From Takakia lepidozioides (lineage: Eukaryota; Plantae; Bryophyta): a stretch of 64,000 nucleotides of DNA. The DNA is taken from positions 45,818,001-45,882,000 of the forward strand of contig CM060734.1 in assembly GCA_030704615.1 (NCBI GenBank). Direction: 5' to 3'. The position numbers and the translations under genes were made by a program. The notes below the pieces were generated by a model. The model saw only the letters and a list, made by a program, of their open reading frames with translations, ran no database searches and had not been told where the DNA came from. Position 1 is the stretch's first letter; each line of letters opens with the position of its first letter. Below, piece by piece: positions 63,464-64,000 of this stretch.

Positions 63464-64000
63464 ATGGCACGGGCTGTGATACAGAAGCAGGCCGGGGAGC
63501 CTTTGGAGGTTCTGGAGCTGGTGCAGAAGCCGAAGCCAGGGCCACCTGCCGCTGGTCAGGTTCTGGTGCGCATAACTGTGAGGCCCGTCAACCCCTATGA
63601 CTTCCTCATAATCCGCACTGGGTCAACCCACTTGCAGCTGAAGGCAGGAGATGTTGTCACCGTCGGCTGTGAAGGATTTGGCATTGTGGAGGAGGTACAG
63701 CGGTCATGGCCAAATGCATCTCGCATATTGTGGAAGCACCCTGAAGCACCCTCTCCTTTCCTGCATGCATTTTGGTAGAACTATGGTGGATATTTGAGAT
63801 TCCCAAATATATCAACAACTCATTGGTCCTAGTTGCTGTTGCGGCTTCCCCGATTAACACGAACGTATAGATTGAGATCGTTAAACTGTCTAATGCACGC
63901 TGTAATGGTGCTTAGGATGAAAGAAAGCCTCTCCTTGTTTTAACTTCATGTCGACAGAGTTGATGCTCGCAATTCGCTCCTAAATTGGATCTGCTCGACC
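63464..64000 (+). CDS. MDR enoyl-reductase-like oxidoreductase (copy 3; exon 1 63464-63694, runs off window)
   Basis: MARAVIQKQAGEPLEVLELVQKPKPGPPAAGQVLVRITVRPVNPYDF..EGFGIVEE|gtacag. Upstream 62956-63463 is the reverse complement of the copy-1 promoter. Confidence 0.85.

Overview
Eukaryotic, early-land-plant-type genomic DNA (probably a moss or other bryophyte, judged from the moss-type ELIP, the PLS/DYW PPRs and GT-AG introns). Apparently intact genes are a MEE60-like membrane protein, CAND2/PMTR1, an AMT1 ammonium transporter and three recently duplicated MDR/enoyl-reductase-like genes (the third runs off the window). Around them lie many scrambled PPR pseudogenes (some joined to OSB-type PDF motifs), an ELIP pseudogene, an NB-ARC fragment, hAT- and piggyBac-type MITEs and SINE-like pieces. 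The standout is a decayed ~16.5 kb transposon-like island (~21.9-38.4 kb). It carries (1) a spliced gene fusing a ParB/Srx-like domain (VWDGNHRL) to a beta-class N4C/N6A DNA amino-methyltransferase, (2) a convergent, truncated ParB-like paralogue with identical intron positions, (3) a GCM/WRKY-like + MULE-DDE + SWIM transposase, (4) a Sola2-like transposase fragment, and (5) three arrays of CCGG-centred palindromes in the promoter region and introns of the ParB genes. All family calls come from motif recognition by eye; no searches were run.
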